NCBI RefSeq assembly: GCF_006345805.1
Contig: NC_043009.1
Coordinates: forward strand, 47,740,001 to 47,804,000
Reading direction: 5' to 3'
Source: Octopus sinensis
Taxonomy: Eukaryota
DNA length: 64,000 nt
The notes beneath the pieces were generated by a model, which saw only the letters and a program-made list of their open reading frames with translations, was not told where the DNA came from and ran no database searches. Every line of letters starts with the position of its first letter. The first letter of the stretch is position 1. The position numbers and the translations under genes were made by a program. Of the stretch, positions 13,301 through 25,735 are shown piece by piece.

Positions 13301-13724
13301 ATGTATCAGCCTATTGTATCTACTTCACTAAGGAAACTCAACCAAATTACAAATTCAGTTCCTTATTGCCTAAATTTGATGGAATATATTTAAAGAGTAA
13401 AATTGTGAATGAAAAATGTACTTTGATCATGTAATCAGAATGCCACAGGAAGGATTCTTCAAGCCTAGCTAACGAGTAGGAGACTTAAGGTTAGACCAAG
13501 AATGAGATGGGTGGATAATATTTATAGTTTTAGTTGATCATGCTTGAGAATCCAGCCAAGAATTCTAAGGTCGGTCACTTATGATAGGATCCTATGGAGG
13601 AGGTGTGTGATGAATCTACTACCCATGACCCTCCCAAGAATAGAGGGTGGCAAAAAAGGATAGATGGTAATATGGATGATGTGTAAAACTGTGATTGGGT
13701 AAAATGTTTCGCATTTATGTGCTT

Positions 13725-13794
<70 letters not shown>

Positions 13795-16674
13795 GAGGGA
13801 GGCAATTATGCAAGATATATTAAATACCATATGATAGTTTGGTTATGGAGTGCAAAATGAGAGAAAGCAGAAGATGAAGACTTTCAGACAATGAATATTT
13901 AAGTACAAATATATAGATATTTATTCATCCACTCAACTTGATCCCTCTTACAGCCATTCTTTACCCCCAGGAAATCGATCCCCTATCAAGACATTGGAAT
14001 CTAAGTTTGAATCTTTTAAGCACTACTAAGTGTCATCTATACCGAGAATCTCTGAGTTTCATCTGTGAACTATAAAAATAAATGTATTTAACAATGAAAG
14101 TCGGAGCAGGAGGCATTATACAATATCTTTTATCTTTTACTTGTTTCAGTCATTGGATTGTGGCTGTACTATGGTAACCATGTTATAAGGGTTGACCCAG
14201 TACTTATTCTTTTAAAGTCTAGAACTTATTCTATTGGTCTCTTGCACTGAACTGCTAAGCTATCGGGACATAAACAAACAAACACTGGTTGTCAAGAGGC
14301 AATTGGTGGGGACAAACATAAAGACACTCATGTATATACAATGGGCTTCCACACAGTTTCCACCTACCAAATTCATTCACAAGGCATTGGCCAGCCTGGG
14401 GCTATAGAAGATGCTGTGCAGTGGGAATGAACCTGAAACCATGTGGTTGCAAAGGCAGCTTCTGTGCCTTAATGTATTATGAGATATTAATTTTCTTTAA
14501 AGCAAATAACTAAATGCTCAATCATACAACACACACACACACACACTGTTCTTCAATGTATTCCTCAGGCAAGATTATCACTTGGAACATATCTCTCCCA
14601 TATTATTCTATTTACACAATTTTCCAGGAGCCAACCTTTATCCAGTGATTTCGGCTGGTAAGGGAAGCAAAGCTCTTATTAAAAATTTGGCCTCTATGTG
14701 TCAATGTATGACTACCACTTTTTGCTTTTGTCTCTCTTTTGTCTTTCTTCCCTCTCGGATAAATCTGTCAGCATAAATGCCGTTTTCTATATTTCTTTTT
14801 TTTTTTTTTTAATTTCTGTGAAAATGATTTGGCAAATATTTTCCTTAAGGACATGATCAGCGCCATTGGGCATTGCAGCTAGTACTTCTCAATGCTACAC
14901 TAGAAGAAGAAATCTTGAATAACTACAACTAAATCATTAAAAAAAAAATGTTCCAAGAAATCAAAAAATTCAAGATCTCCAAGGACAAATCTCATTTTTC
15001 CATTCCAAGGTAAATAAGGCAAACACTTAACAGTTCCAAATTTATCTCTTGGCAAAATAATGTAAAAGAAAACATTTTCTTCAAATAAAAATGTGACAAT
15101 TCTAAATCTTTCACAGAACTGTCTTATGACATCTGTTAATTCCAAACAACAATAATTATTTCTAATTTTGGCACAAGGCTCCCAATTTTGAGGAGAGGGG
15201 CGATTTGATTACATCGATCCCAGTACATGACTGGCATTTTATTTTATCACCCTGCAAGTATGAAAGGCAAAGTTTAGTACATGCTATCCTTGAAAAGAGA
15301 TGTGATGGCTGTGTTTAAAATTGATTGCTTGACCAAAGCTGAGCAGGAACTAAACCACAAAACAATGTGAATAATATAAGAAATATAATAATATAAGAAA
15401 AGTTTCACATCAGTCACCATTGATGTTAGAAATCATCACTGAAAATGTTTAAAATCCTTATGAACTTTATATCGAACTGTTACAAGCTAAGTACAATCAC
15501 TGTCATCCATACATACAGGCTTGTCTTTTATACTTGCCTGTGCCACATAAAATGCACTTGTGTTGGTGGCACATAAAGAGCACCCAACACATTCTGTAAA
15601 GTGGCTGGTGTTAGGAAGGGCATCTAGCCATAAAACCCATCCTGCAACAGACAAGTGGAATCTGGACAGCTTCCCAACTGGCCAGCTCCTGTTAAACTGT
15701 CCAACCCATGCCAACATGGAAAATGAATATTAAATGATGATGATGTTGTTGTTGTTACAGGCATGACTATGAGGCTGAGAAGTTTACTTACTGGGTAAGT
15801 AACTTCGACTATAACTCCATACCAACCAAAGCTTGTCAGTGGTTTTGATGGAGGGAAACTGAAAGAAGCCATCTGCACATACATACATACATACACACAT
15901 ACATATATATAAACCAATGCTGGTTTGTTTATGTCTCCATAACTTAGCAGTTTGGCAACAGAGACAAATAAAATAAGTACTGGGGTCTTCAAGGTGGTGC
16001 CCCAGCATGGCCACAGTCCAATGACTGAAACAAGTAAAAGATAAAAGAAAAAGTATATGTATGTATATGTGTGAGTGTGTATTTGTGTCTTTTTGTTTTG
16101 AAATTGAGTGATAGCTGTAAATGAGTGTCACTCTCATACAAGCAGCATCGTTCATTTCCAGTATTTTGCGAAAACATGTCTGACTATAAGGGAAATATTA
16201 CTTTTCTTAGAAACACATGAGGGTTCAGAATAGGAAGGGTGTCAGGCCCCAATAAATATGCCTCAGTAAACTCTGTCCAACCCATACAAGCATGGAAAAC
16301 CGGACATTAAAATGATGATGTCAATGCAACCAGGGATTGTATACAACTGCAAAATTGCCTTCCTGTTAATATGCTTAACCTTCACAATAACAAGTAACAA
16401 ATAAAAAAAAATGAATCTTGTTTAGCAAACTGCTGGAACCAGATATCTGCAGAAGCTTCCAGTGAATATTTATGGACTGTGGTTGTTATCATTATAGATA
16501 ATTATTTTGAATAATTAGCACATTGGTTATGGTTTAAGTCATTTTATAGCTTCACATCAGCTTGAATTAAGCTAACCTTATGATTAAATATCATCCAAAC
16601 CCTAGCTACCTTGCTTTTCTTCAGTAATAGTGAATCCTGGATTGCATTATCCAATATGCCCTTCTATCTTTGTT

Positions 16675-16972
16675 GGACAAACGACATGTCTAAGATAGTC
16701 AAAAATGCTGAAGGCTTCTTAGCATTACTCAGTAAAACTTTTGCACTGGCTGCCTAGTTAATGCTATATTCAGCTATGGTATATTCACACTTACAATTGG
16801 CATCTCCAGTCTGGAATTGCCATCTTGTGCAGAATATTTATCTGGTGGAAGCTTTCCAAAAACATGCAACCAAATGAATAACTTCCATTTGTCATTTACC
16901 ACATTTTGAACATCTTGCTTCTCTCGGCTTCAACGCACTAAAGCTTTGACATTAAGTAGATGACCTGGTAGA
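16675..16972 (+). pseudogene. CR1-clade LINE reverse-transcriptase C-terminal fragment, decayed
   Basis: Translates LYSAMVYSHLQLASPVWNCHLVQNIYLVEAFQKHATK*...EHLASLG...DDL, matching CR1 LY..LVRPHLEYASPVW.P....I..LE.VQRRATK....ERL..LG...DL; internal stops. Confidence 0.75.
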
Positions 16973-17187
16973 TTATCCACCATCTGTTCAATAACTTTGG
17001 CCACCTTTTTGAATTCAATATCTCTACTACAAACTTCTAAATCAAATCATGAGTGCAGCGCACATGAATTTTCATTTATCATTTATTTTTTACTTATTTC
17101 AGTCATTTGACTGCAGCCATGCTAGAGTACTGCTTTGAAGGGTTTTACTGATCCCAGGACTTATTTTTTTAAAGCCTAGTACTTATT

Positions 17188-17670
17188 ATAGGCGCAGGAG
17201 TGGCTGTGTATAGGCACAGGAGTGGCTGTGTGGTAAGTATAGGCGCAGGAGTGGCTGTGTGGTAAGTATAGGTGCAAGAGTGGCTGTGTGGTAAGTAGCT
17301 TGCTAACCAACCACATGGTTCCGGGTTCAGTCCCACTGCGTGGCATTTTGCGTAAGTGTCTTCTGCTATAGCCCCGGGCCGACCAATGCCTTGTGAGTGG
17401 ATTTGGTAGACGGAAACTGAAAGAAGCCTGTCGTATATATGTATATATATATGTGTATGTGTGTGTGTTTGTCCCCCTAGCATTGCTTGACAACCGATGC
17501 TGGTGTGTTTACGTCCCCGTCACTTAGTGGTTCAGCAAAAGAGACCGATAGAATAAGTACTGAGCTTACAAAGAATGAGTCCCAGGGCTGATTTACTCGA
17601 CTAAAGGTGGTGCTCCAGCATGGCTGCAGTCAAATGACTGAAACAAGTAAAAAGAGTAAAAAGAAAGAGT
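17188..17670 (+). mobile_element. SINE family A with four tandem 5' heads, nested in an older opposite-strand family A copy (~17090-17790)
   Basis: ATAGGYRCARGAGTGGCTGTGT starts at 17188, 17210, 17239, 17268; the flanks are reverse-strand family A pieces. Confidence 0.88.
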
Positions 17671-18230
17671 ATTCTATCGACCTCTTTTGCTGGACTGCTA
17701 AGTTATGGGAATTTAAAGACACCAGCACTCGTCGTCAAGCAGTGTTGTGGGGATAAACACAGACATAAAGACATACATACAAACATATGTATATGTTGTT
17801 ATAGGTCAGCTGTTGGACCTCGTTATCCTAGCATTTCCTCACATCTGCAAGACGGAAAGTTAAATTTGTCTTTGTATAGAGTTTAATGAGCTGTCCACAA
17901 GGCTGTAGCTTCCATGGGTACAAAGCCATTGGTCACTCTATGACCAGAATTTAATCTTTTGTTTTGATATATATATATATATATATATATATCAACAATT
18001 GAGGGTAAAATTAATTAGTTATTAATCAATTTCACCAAGTATTCAGTATGTAAAAGGACCATTTATGGCGAATTCAAAATATTACATTATATAATTAGGG
18101 CTTAGTAAAATAAATTACTTTATATATATATATATATATATAGTTTAAATTTAAGGAAAACAAAGACGAAGACAGGTGAAAGAACAACCAGCAAGTGTAT
18201 TAGATTAATGATCAGAAAGAATGGAAAAGT

Positions 18231-18266
18231 CTTTGACATTTCGAGCCTATGCTCTTCAACAGAAAG
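18231..18266 (-). ncRNA. Minimal type I hammerhead-like motif (A6U variant), same family as 2581-2616
   Basis: Reverse complement CTTT-CTGTTGA-A-GAGC(ATAG)GCTC-GAAA-T-GTC-AAAG; the downstream ~90 nt are homologous to 2617-2706 and end at (TA)n. Confidence 0.7.
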
Positions 18267-18747
18267 GATTAAAAGGAAAAAATAAAATGAAGAGAGAACG
18301 AAAAACATGGAGAGAAAAAAAATGTTTAGGGATTAACGGTTCAACATGATGAAATGGCTGGAAGAGACTGGATGAAAGGGAGATTATAATAATGGTGACC
18401 AAGATGAACTAAGGTGCACAAGCACATGTGTGTATGTGAGAATGGTGCGTGTGAGTATAGGGGCAAGTGCATGAGTATATATGTGTGGGCAAACTGAAAA
18501 TTATGAGGGCTTGTGTGTGTGACAGGCTACTTTCAGTTTCCATCTAACAAATCCACTCACAAGGCCTTTTATGTATACTTTATTCTTTATGACTCTTTTA
18601 CTGTTAACTTTTCTGTCCTCTTGTGTTTTGTTCCTAAATACTATGCATATGCTTTTGGTTATCATTGCTGTCTTTCTTTGTTTTATCGCTGCTTTTACTC
18701 TTTTTGGACAAAATGTAGTGAAGCGAAACAGCATTTACAATGGGTAA

Positions 18748-19085
18748 AGGTAAAGACCTCCTTTGGTCATGCATGACCGTAGGGTTGCACCGAGAAAGTT
18801 CCACCCTGAGGCATAAGTGTGGACAAGGTTGTTTGTGGAAGACCAGCAGTCCCCCATGCATACCAGTTTCCCTTCTCCATGCCACCAATGCTGTCCAAGT
18901 GAAAGGCAAAGGCTGATACCGCTTGGCACCAGTGACATCGCAACTAATTTCTACAGCTGAATGAACTGGAGCAACGTGAAAACAAGTATCTTACTGAAGA
19001 ACACAATATAGAGCCCAGTCAGGGAATCAAACTTACAACCACACAATTGTAAACCTGATGCTCTAACCACTGAGCCATGCACCTT
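18748..19085 (-). mobile_element. tRNA-derived SINE family C
   Basis: Reverse-strand head GGTGCATGGCTCAGTGGTTAGAGC...GTTTGATTCCC; homologous to 45366-45702 and 61270-61597. Confidence 0.8.
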
Positions 19086-19534
19086 TACTGTTTACAATAA
19101 ACTCATTGTTTTAACTGGTATCACATTTAAGTTGATAGATCATAGTTTTTAAAGAACTTTGACTGTTATTTTTATCAGGTCAGGGAATAACAGAAAGGTT
19201 CTTAATGGTGTGTGTGCCTTTTTAGAATAATGCTAATTATAAGAGTATTTATTTCAATAATCAAAAGAAAGCTAGTAATTATCTTAATTGCATTTTGAGT
19301 GGATTCTCTCTTCTAACAGAAATTGCTCCACCATGAAATGATAGAAATACCGATGTAATAATTAGGTAAAACTGGCACAAAATACCAAATTTGTGATTAT
19401 GTTTGAAGGTATGATTTTCTATTACAGCTTGTAACATTACAAACACTAAGTCATTAGTCTGTCACTCCAACGAGGCGATAAATACAGAACTATCAATATC
19501 TTCTATTTATTATTATTATTATTATTATATTTAA

Positions 19535-19950
19535 GTTGGTAAGCTGGCAGAATCGTTAGCGTGCCAGGCAAAATGTGTGGCAGCATTTAGTTTGTTTATA
19601 CATTCTGAGTTCAAATTCTGCTGAAGTCCACTTTGCCTTTCATCCTTTCAGGATCTATAAAATAAGTACCAGTCAGACACTGGGGTCGATGTAATTGATT
19701 TACTTCCTCCCCCAAAACTGCTGGCTTTGTGCCAAAATTTGAAATCATCATTGTTATTACTATTAAGGCAGCAAGTTAGTAGAGTTGTTAGCACACTAGA
19801 GAAACTGCTAAGCAGCATTTACATTCTGAGTTCAAATGTCACTGGGGTTGACTTTGCCTTTCATCGTTTGTGGGGTCAATAAAACAAGTATCAGTTGGAC
19901 ACTGGGGTTGAAGCAATCGACTTATCTCCTCTCCCCAAAATGCTGGCCTT
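19535..19950 (+). mobile_element. Two tandem older SINE family B copies
   Basis: AAGCTGGCAGAATCGTTAGC...TTCTGAGTTCAAAT...GACTTTGCCTTTCATC repeated. Confidence 0.75.
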
Positions 19951-19999
19951 GTGCTCACTGGAGAATTGTTAGCACAGTAGGTAAAATGCTTAGCAGCAT

Positions 20000-20405
20000 A
20001 CTCTTTTACTTCTTTCAGTCATTTGACTGCAGCCATGCTGGAGCACTGCCTTTAGTCGAGCAAATCGACCCCAGGACTTATTCTTTGTAAGCCTAGCACT
20101 TATTCTATCGGTCTCTTTTGCCGAACCGCTAAGTGACGGGGACGTAAACACACCAGCATTGGTTGTCAAGCAATGCTAGAGGGACAAACACAGACACACA
20201 AACATATACACACACATACATATATATATATATATACATATATACGACAGGCTTCTTTCAGTTTCCGTCTATCAAATCCACTCACAAGGCTTTGGTCGGC
20301 CCGAGGCTATAGCAGAAGACACATGCCCAAGATGCCAAGCAGTGGGACTGAACCCGGAACCATGTGGTTGGTTAGCAAGCTACTTACCACACAGCCACTC
20401 CTGTG
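20000..20405 (-). mobile_element. SINE family A inserted in a family B copy
   Basis: Full reverse-strand copy; family B sequence continues on both sides (AAATGCTTAGCAGCAT | ...TTCTGAGTTCAAATTCC). Confidence 0.9.
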
Positions 20406-20568
20406 CTTACCCATTACTATGTTCTGAGTTCAAATTCCACTGAGATTGACTTTGCCTTTCATCATTTTGGGGGTCAATAAAATAAGTACCAGTCGAGTAC
20501 TAAGGTCAATGTAGTCAACTAGATCCTCCCCAAAAATTTCAGTTCTTATGCCTATAGTAGAAAGGATT

Positions 20569-20937
20569 ATTACCTCTGCCTTAGCGAAGGCAGAGGTATT
20601 GTTTTCAGTTGTGTTTGTTTGCTTGTCCATGGACAAGATAACTCAAGAACCACTGGATAGATTCGGATAAAACTTTCAGGGATGCTTGGCCTCATGACTA
20701 GCTCAAACTGATTAAATTTTGGGATCAATCTGGCACTGGACAAGGATTCTGGATTATTTTTGATTTTTTTTTACTTAATTTTTGAGAGCACTCAGGTTCA
20801 TTTTTAGTATTCTCGTTTGTGAGTGCAGTCGAGTTTATTTTAGATATTCTCATTTAAAAAAATCATCTCTAGCTAATTGTTGAAAGGCCGTTGGTGTTAC
20901 CTTGGTGGAGGTTTGCACTCTCTGAGAGCTCTTGTTA
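20569..20937 (+). mobile_element. Helentron-associated non-autonomous element (HINE/DINE-like)
   Basis: 5' TTACCTCTGCCTT..AAGGCAGAGGTA hairpin/subTIR, 3' CCTTGGTGGAGGT followed by a GCACTCTCTGAGAGC stem-loop and TCTTGTT end. Confidence 0.7.
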
Positions 20938-21404
20938 TTATTATCTTTTTCTTTTTAGAATGGAACCAAGAATATTTCAACTTTAACTGGAGTACTTTGG
21001 ATACCAACTCAAGACTACTCTTGGTTTCTAGGATAAAAAAAACTTCATGCCTTCAAGTGATCGAATTAACATGACATTTTGATGAGATATTCATATGAAA
21101 ATCACATCAAAATATCACATTAATTTATGTTCCGAACATCAGCTTAATAACGATGCAGTCATTTCACTAAATTTTTCATTATTTTCTGAAATTAACTGAA
21201 ACAAACGCAGTATATTTCAACATATATATGGTAAGAAAAGGGTTAAGTCATACTTACTATTATCACACCACTTTTCTCTTGCTCTCTAGAACCCAGAACA
21301 GGTAAACACACAACCACTGCAAGAACAGAAAATTTGTTTTAATCAAAAATCAATGACAATGCTCCATTATTATTATTATTGAGAAAGAGGGAGAGAGAGA
21401 GAGG

Positions 21405-21442
<38 letters not shown>

Positions 21443-21694
21443 CAGTGCATGCTATCAAAATGACACTGGAGTAAAATATACGAAGCCCAGTATACCCATC
21501 TGATAAAGGTATACCAGGTATACGCATCACAACCATATGTACACAACATGGTGAGTTCATATCAAGATAAACAGCACATGACCTTGCAGGTGGGGCTCAG
21601 TTAGAATTTTCTTAACTTCCAATAAGTTAAGATCAGAACCCATGAAAGCCACTGCCTGCTACTGCATCAGGGATTTTTTATTATTATCATTTTG

Positions 21695-22272
21695 AGTGAG
21701 AGAGCAGTGCATGCCATCAAAGTGACATCGGAGTAAATTATACGAAGCCCGATATACCCACCATGACTAACCGTCTGATAAGGGTACACCAGGCACATGC
21801 ATCACAACCATATGTGCGCGACATGGTGATCTCATATCAAGATAAACAGTGCATGACCTTGAAGGTGGGGCCCGGTTAGAATTTTCTTCTGGTCGAGTAG
21901 CCCATCCCGCTCAAAAGGTCCCTGAATAAGGATTGTTTAAGGATGTTGAATGAAACACCCAGGTTTCTAAAGGTGAATTATCCAAACCTCTAAGAATTCC
22001 TTTCAACATATGGCTATGATGCACCCTCACTACTTCTGCTCATGATCAGAGATGCACATATCGTCAGCCACTAAGGAACATGCTCAACTGATTAAGGTCA
22101 AACAACTGACAAGCAAATCTGTGGTGCTGAGCAGAATATTTGCTGTAGCCCATCTTTTATACCAAGACAAAACAATGTACATGATAACACTTCCAATCAG
22201 TTAAGATAAGAAGCCATGAGAGCCACTGTCTGGTACTGCATCAGGGCCTCTTGGTACTGCATCAGGGCATTT
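21695..22272 (+). mobile_element. ~560-bp interspersed repeat family E (class unknown), ending in (ATT)n
   Basis: Colinear with the reverse-strand copy at 43184-43742; an internally deleted copy lies at ~21435-21675. Confidence 0.85.
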
Positions 22273-22305
22273 ATTATAATTATTATTATTATTATTATTA
22301 TTATT

Positions 22306-22696
22306 TGTGAAGACCTGTTGAGGCAAGTGAAAATCAAAATCGTAATTGATCAACATCAATGGAATTTGTAGCTGTGATACCAGTGCCAGTGGCACGTAAG
22401 AGAACCATCCGATCGTGGCCATTGCCAGCCTCGTCTGGTCTCCGTGCAAGTGGCACGTAAAAAGCACCATCCGATCGTGGCCGTCTGCCAGCATCATCTG
22501 GCACCTGTGCCGGTGGCACGTAAAAAGCACCCACTACACTCACATAGTGGTTAGCGTTAGGAAGGGCATCCAGCTGTAGAAACACTGCCAGATGAGACTG
22601 GGCCTGGTGCAGCCTTCTGGCTTCCCAGACCCCAGTTGAACCGTCCAACCCATGCTAGCATGGAAAGCAGACGTTAAACGATGATGATGATGATGA
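22306..22696 (+). mobile_element. RTE-type LINE 3' end with (ATG)n tail
   Basis: Internal repeats GTGGCACGTAAAAAGCACC; ends GCATGGAAAGCAGACGTTAAACGATGATGATG; near-identical to 50236-50652. Confidence 0.8.
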
Positions 22697-22948
22697 TTAT
22701 TATTATTATTATTATTAAGGAGGCGAGCTGGTAGAATCGTTAGCACACTGGACAAAATGCTTAGTGGTATTTTGCCCATTGTTATGTTCTGATTTGAAGC
22801 TCTGCCAAGATCAACTCTGCCTTCCATCCTTTCAGGGTCAAGAGAATAATTACCAGTTGATCACTGGGGTTGATGTAATCGACTAGTTCCCTTCCCCATA
22901 ATTTCAGGCCTTGTGCCTTAAATAGAAAGGATTATTATTATCTTATTA

Positions 22949-23007
<59 letters not shown>

Positions 23008-23077
23008 GGATTGAGGTAACTCCTCCAGAAGGTATATAGAAGCAAAAAAAAAAAAGAAGAGTGCCCTTGTTATCAAG

Positions 23078-23118
23078 TGAACAATATTTCAGCATCTAGT
23101 GTGCCTTCCACAGATTCA
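23078..23118 (-). ncRNA. Minimal type I hammerhead-like motif (A6U variant)
   Basis: Reverse complement TGAAT-CTGTGGA-A-GGCA(CACTAGA)TGCT-GAAA-T-ATT-GTTCA: 5-bp stem I, 4-bp stem II, ATAT palindromic stem III, AUU site. Confidence 0.6.
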
Positions 23119-23225
23119 AAAAATAAACTTATCAATCTACTTCACTTTTGGTAATATTTTATAGGATTGAGGTAACTCCTCCAGAAGGTACACAGAAACA
23201 CTCTTCTTTTTCTTTGGTTCTGTAT

Positions 23226-23648
23226 GGAGTGACTGTATAGAGTGGCTGGGTGGTAAGTAGCTTGTTTACCAACCACATGGTTCCGGGTTCAGTCCCACTG
23301 CATGGCACCTTGGGCAAGTGTCTTCTGCTATAGCCTCGGGCCGACCAAAGCCTTGTGAGTGGATTTGGTAGACGGAAACTGAAAGAAGCCTGTCGTGTAT
23401 ATGCATATATATATATGCATGTGTGTGTTTGTGTGTCTGTGTTTGTCCCTCAAGCATTGCTTGACAACCAATGCTGGTGTGTTTATGTCCCCGTTACTTA
23501 GCGGTTCGGCAAAAGAGACCGATAGAATAAGTACTGGGCTTACAAAAGAATAAGTTCCGGGGTCGAGTTGCTCAATTAAAGGCGGTGCTCCAACATGGCC
23601 GCAGTCAAATGACTGAAACAAGTAAAAGAGAGTAAAGAGTAAAGAGTA
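23226..23648 (+). mobile_element. SINE family A
   Basis: Colinear with other family A copies; inserted near the centre of the fold-back. Confidence 0.9.
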
Positions 23649-23720
23649 TACCTTCTGGAGGACTTACTTCAATCCTATAAAATATTACCAAAAATGAAGT
23701 AGATTGACAAGTTTATTTTT

Positions 23721-23761
23721 TGAACCTGTGGAAGTCACACCAGATGCCAAAATATTATTCA
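23721..23761 (+). ncRNA. Decayed hammerhead-like motif (partner of 23078-23118)
   Basis: TGAAC-CTGTGGA-A-GTCA(CACCAGA)TGCC-AAAA-T-ATT-ATTCA; GAAA mutated to AAAA, likely inactive. Confidence 0.45.
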
Positions 23762-24446
23762 CTTGATAACAATGGCACTCTTCTGTTTTTCTTGCTATTA
23801 TCATCATTATCATTATAATTAAGTCAGAAAGCTGCCAGAACTGTTAAGCATGCAGAGTAAAATGTTTAGCAGCATTTCGTCTGTCTTTACATTCTGAGTT
23901 CAAATTCCATTGAGGTCAACTCTACCTTTCACCCTTTCGGGGTCGATGAAATAAGTACCAGTCAAATGTTGGGGGTCAATGTAATTGACTAGTCCCTTCT
24001 CCACAAATTTCAGGCCTTGTGCCTATAGTAGAAAGGATTATTATTATTATTATTATTATTATTTTCCTTCTTTCTTCAAATTTTCTTCCGTTTCTCGCCA
24101 AGTGTTTTCTGTACAGCTAGGGCAGAGAAGCTCATTGCATTATTATTATTATTATTATTATTATTTCCTTTGGCTAAATATAAATTCCAGTAGTCCTGAT
24201 GCATTATTAAATCATTTTTAATGTAAGGAAAATGAAAGATACAGTCACCATAAGGTATAGCTGATGTATAGTGATGTGAATTATTGGTATCACATATAGC
24301 AATAGGGTTGTAAATAAGATTTTGATAATAACATATTTATATATATATATATATAGAAAATATGGAAATCAGTAACAAAGTTATCATCACGGCAAATCCT
24401 GTTTCATTATCTAGATGAAAACACAGGCTCTTGTGCACAAATGATT

Positions 24447-24721
24447 GAAAGAAGAAGGAGGGGAGGAGGAGGAAGAAAAAGAAGGAGAAGAAGGAGAAGA
24501 AAGAAAAGGAGGAGGAGGTGGAGGAGGAGGAAGAAGAAGAGGAGGAAGAAGAAGAAGAAGAAGAAGAAGAAGAGAAAGAAGAAAAGGAGGAAGAAGAAGA
24601 AAAAGAAGAAGAGGAGGAAGAAGAAGAGGAAGAAGAAGAGGAAGAAGAAGAGGAAGAGAAGAAGAGGAGAAGGAGAAGAAGAAGAAGAAGAAGAGGAGGA
24701 GGAGGAGGAGAAGAAGAAGAA
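24447..24721. repeat. Compound (GAA)n/(GGA)n purine tract
   Basis: Almost pure purine triplets. Confidence 0.95.
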
Positions 24722-24923
24722 TTATACACAGACACACAAACAGAAAGCTAGAGTGAGATGAAGAAAATAAATAAAAGTTAACTAACCTAATTAAAAAGCA
24801 AGATGTTATTGAAGGATTACGTGTGGTAATTATGAATGTGCAAATGTATGTGTTTGTTTGTATTCTTTGTATTAACTATAAATACAGAATGCGGAACTAT
24901 GGACTACAAATATTAGCTCTTTA

Positions 24924-24957
<34 letters not shown>

Positions 24958-25485
24958 CCACACACAGACACAGACACTAATCCACACACACACACACTCA
25001 CAGAGTTAAATTAAAAGTAAACATTGCACACCATCAATATTACCAAACTGTGTATAATCTATGGAACAGACTTGAGTTTCCAAGAATTCTCAAGATGTAC
25101 AAGAGGTTCAATATACATGTTAGATACTGTTCTGTATATTTACTTTGGTTTCATTCCATTAGTTGGCACTGATGAAGTCTGTATATTGGCAATAACAAGA
25201 TATCTATATAAACTTCAAAAATATCAGCTCGTGAAATGATTACTGGCTTAAAATAGAAATAGCTGTGAAGCAGAAAACACACTACCATTTTTAGCCAGAG
25301 TTTCATGATATTTTATGCTTTCGCTTCATATGTTTACTAAAGTTATTTATTTTTACTATGGATGTATTTCCTGAAGTATCATCACAAGTCCATCTTTGTC
25401 GCAGATACCTACATGCTATATTTTTATATGTATTTGGTGTCAGTATGTTATGTATTAATTCATACATACACACAAACATAATATA

Positions 25486-25735
25486 TTGGGTTGGTGCATA
25501 ATTATTGTGGCTTTTTTTTTTCAATAAATTTTATTCAACAAATGCAATAACAATATTTAACAAAAACATCTTTAAATAGCGGTCTCACCATCTGCCAAGG
25601 AAATGGGAAGAAGTAATTGAAGTAGATGGTGAATATGCTCCGGAATAATCATTTAAAGATGTTTTTGTTACATGTTCTTATTGCTTTTGTTGAATAAAAT
25701 TTGTTAAAAAAAGGGCACAATAATTATGAATCAAC

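Larger units (their letters stand above)
23006..23797. repeat. Fold-back element (~155-bp unit, partly tandem, inverted) interrupted by a SINE
   Basis: ATAGGATTGAGGTAACTCCTCCAGAAGGTA at 23006 and 23161; 23199-23225 plus 23649-23797 is the diverged reverse complement of the left arm. Confidence 0.85.

Noticed and set aside
13695-13735. Minus-strand GCA-CATAAA-TGC-GAAAC next to (TA)n
   Set aside because: The upstream core reads CAGAGTAA, not CUGANGA, and stems I/III do not form
21072-21246. Imperfect 46-bp palindrome and AAAGGGTTAA end (piggyBac-like MITE; similar at ~32260-32503)
   Set aside because: Only one credible terminus seen; not enough to call an element
25165-25250. CTGATGA ... GAAA possible hammerhead
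   Set aside because: Partial stem II only; extra bases before GAAA, no stem I and no palindromic stem III
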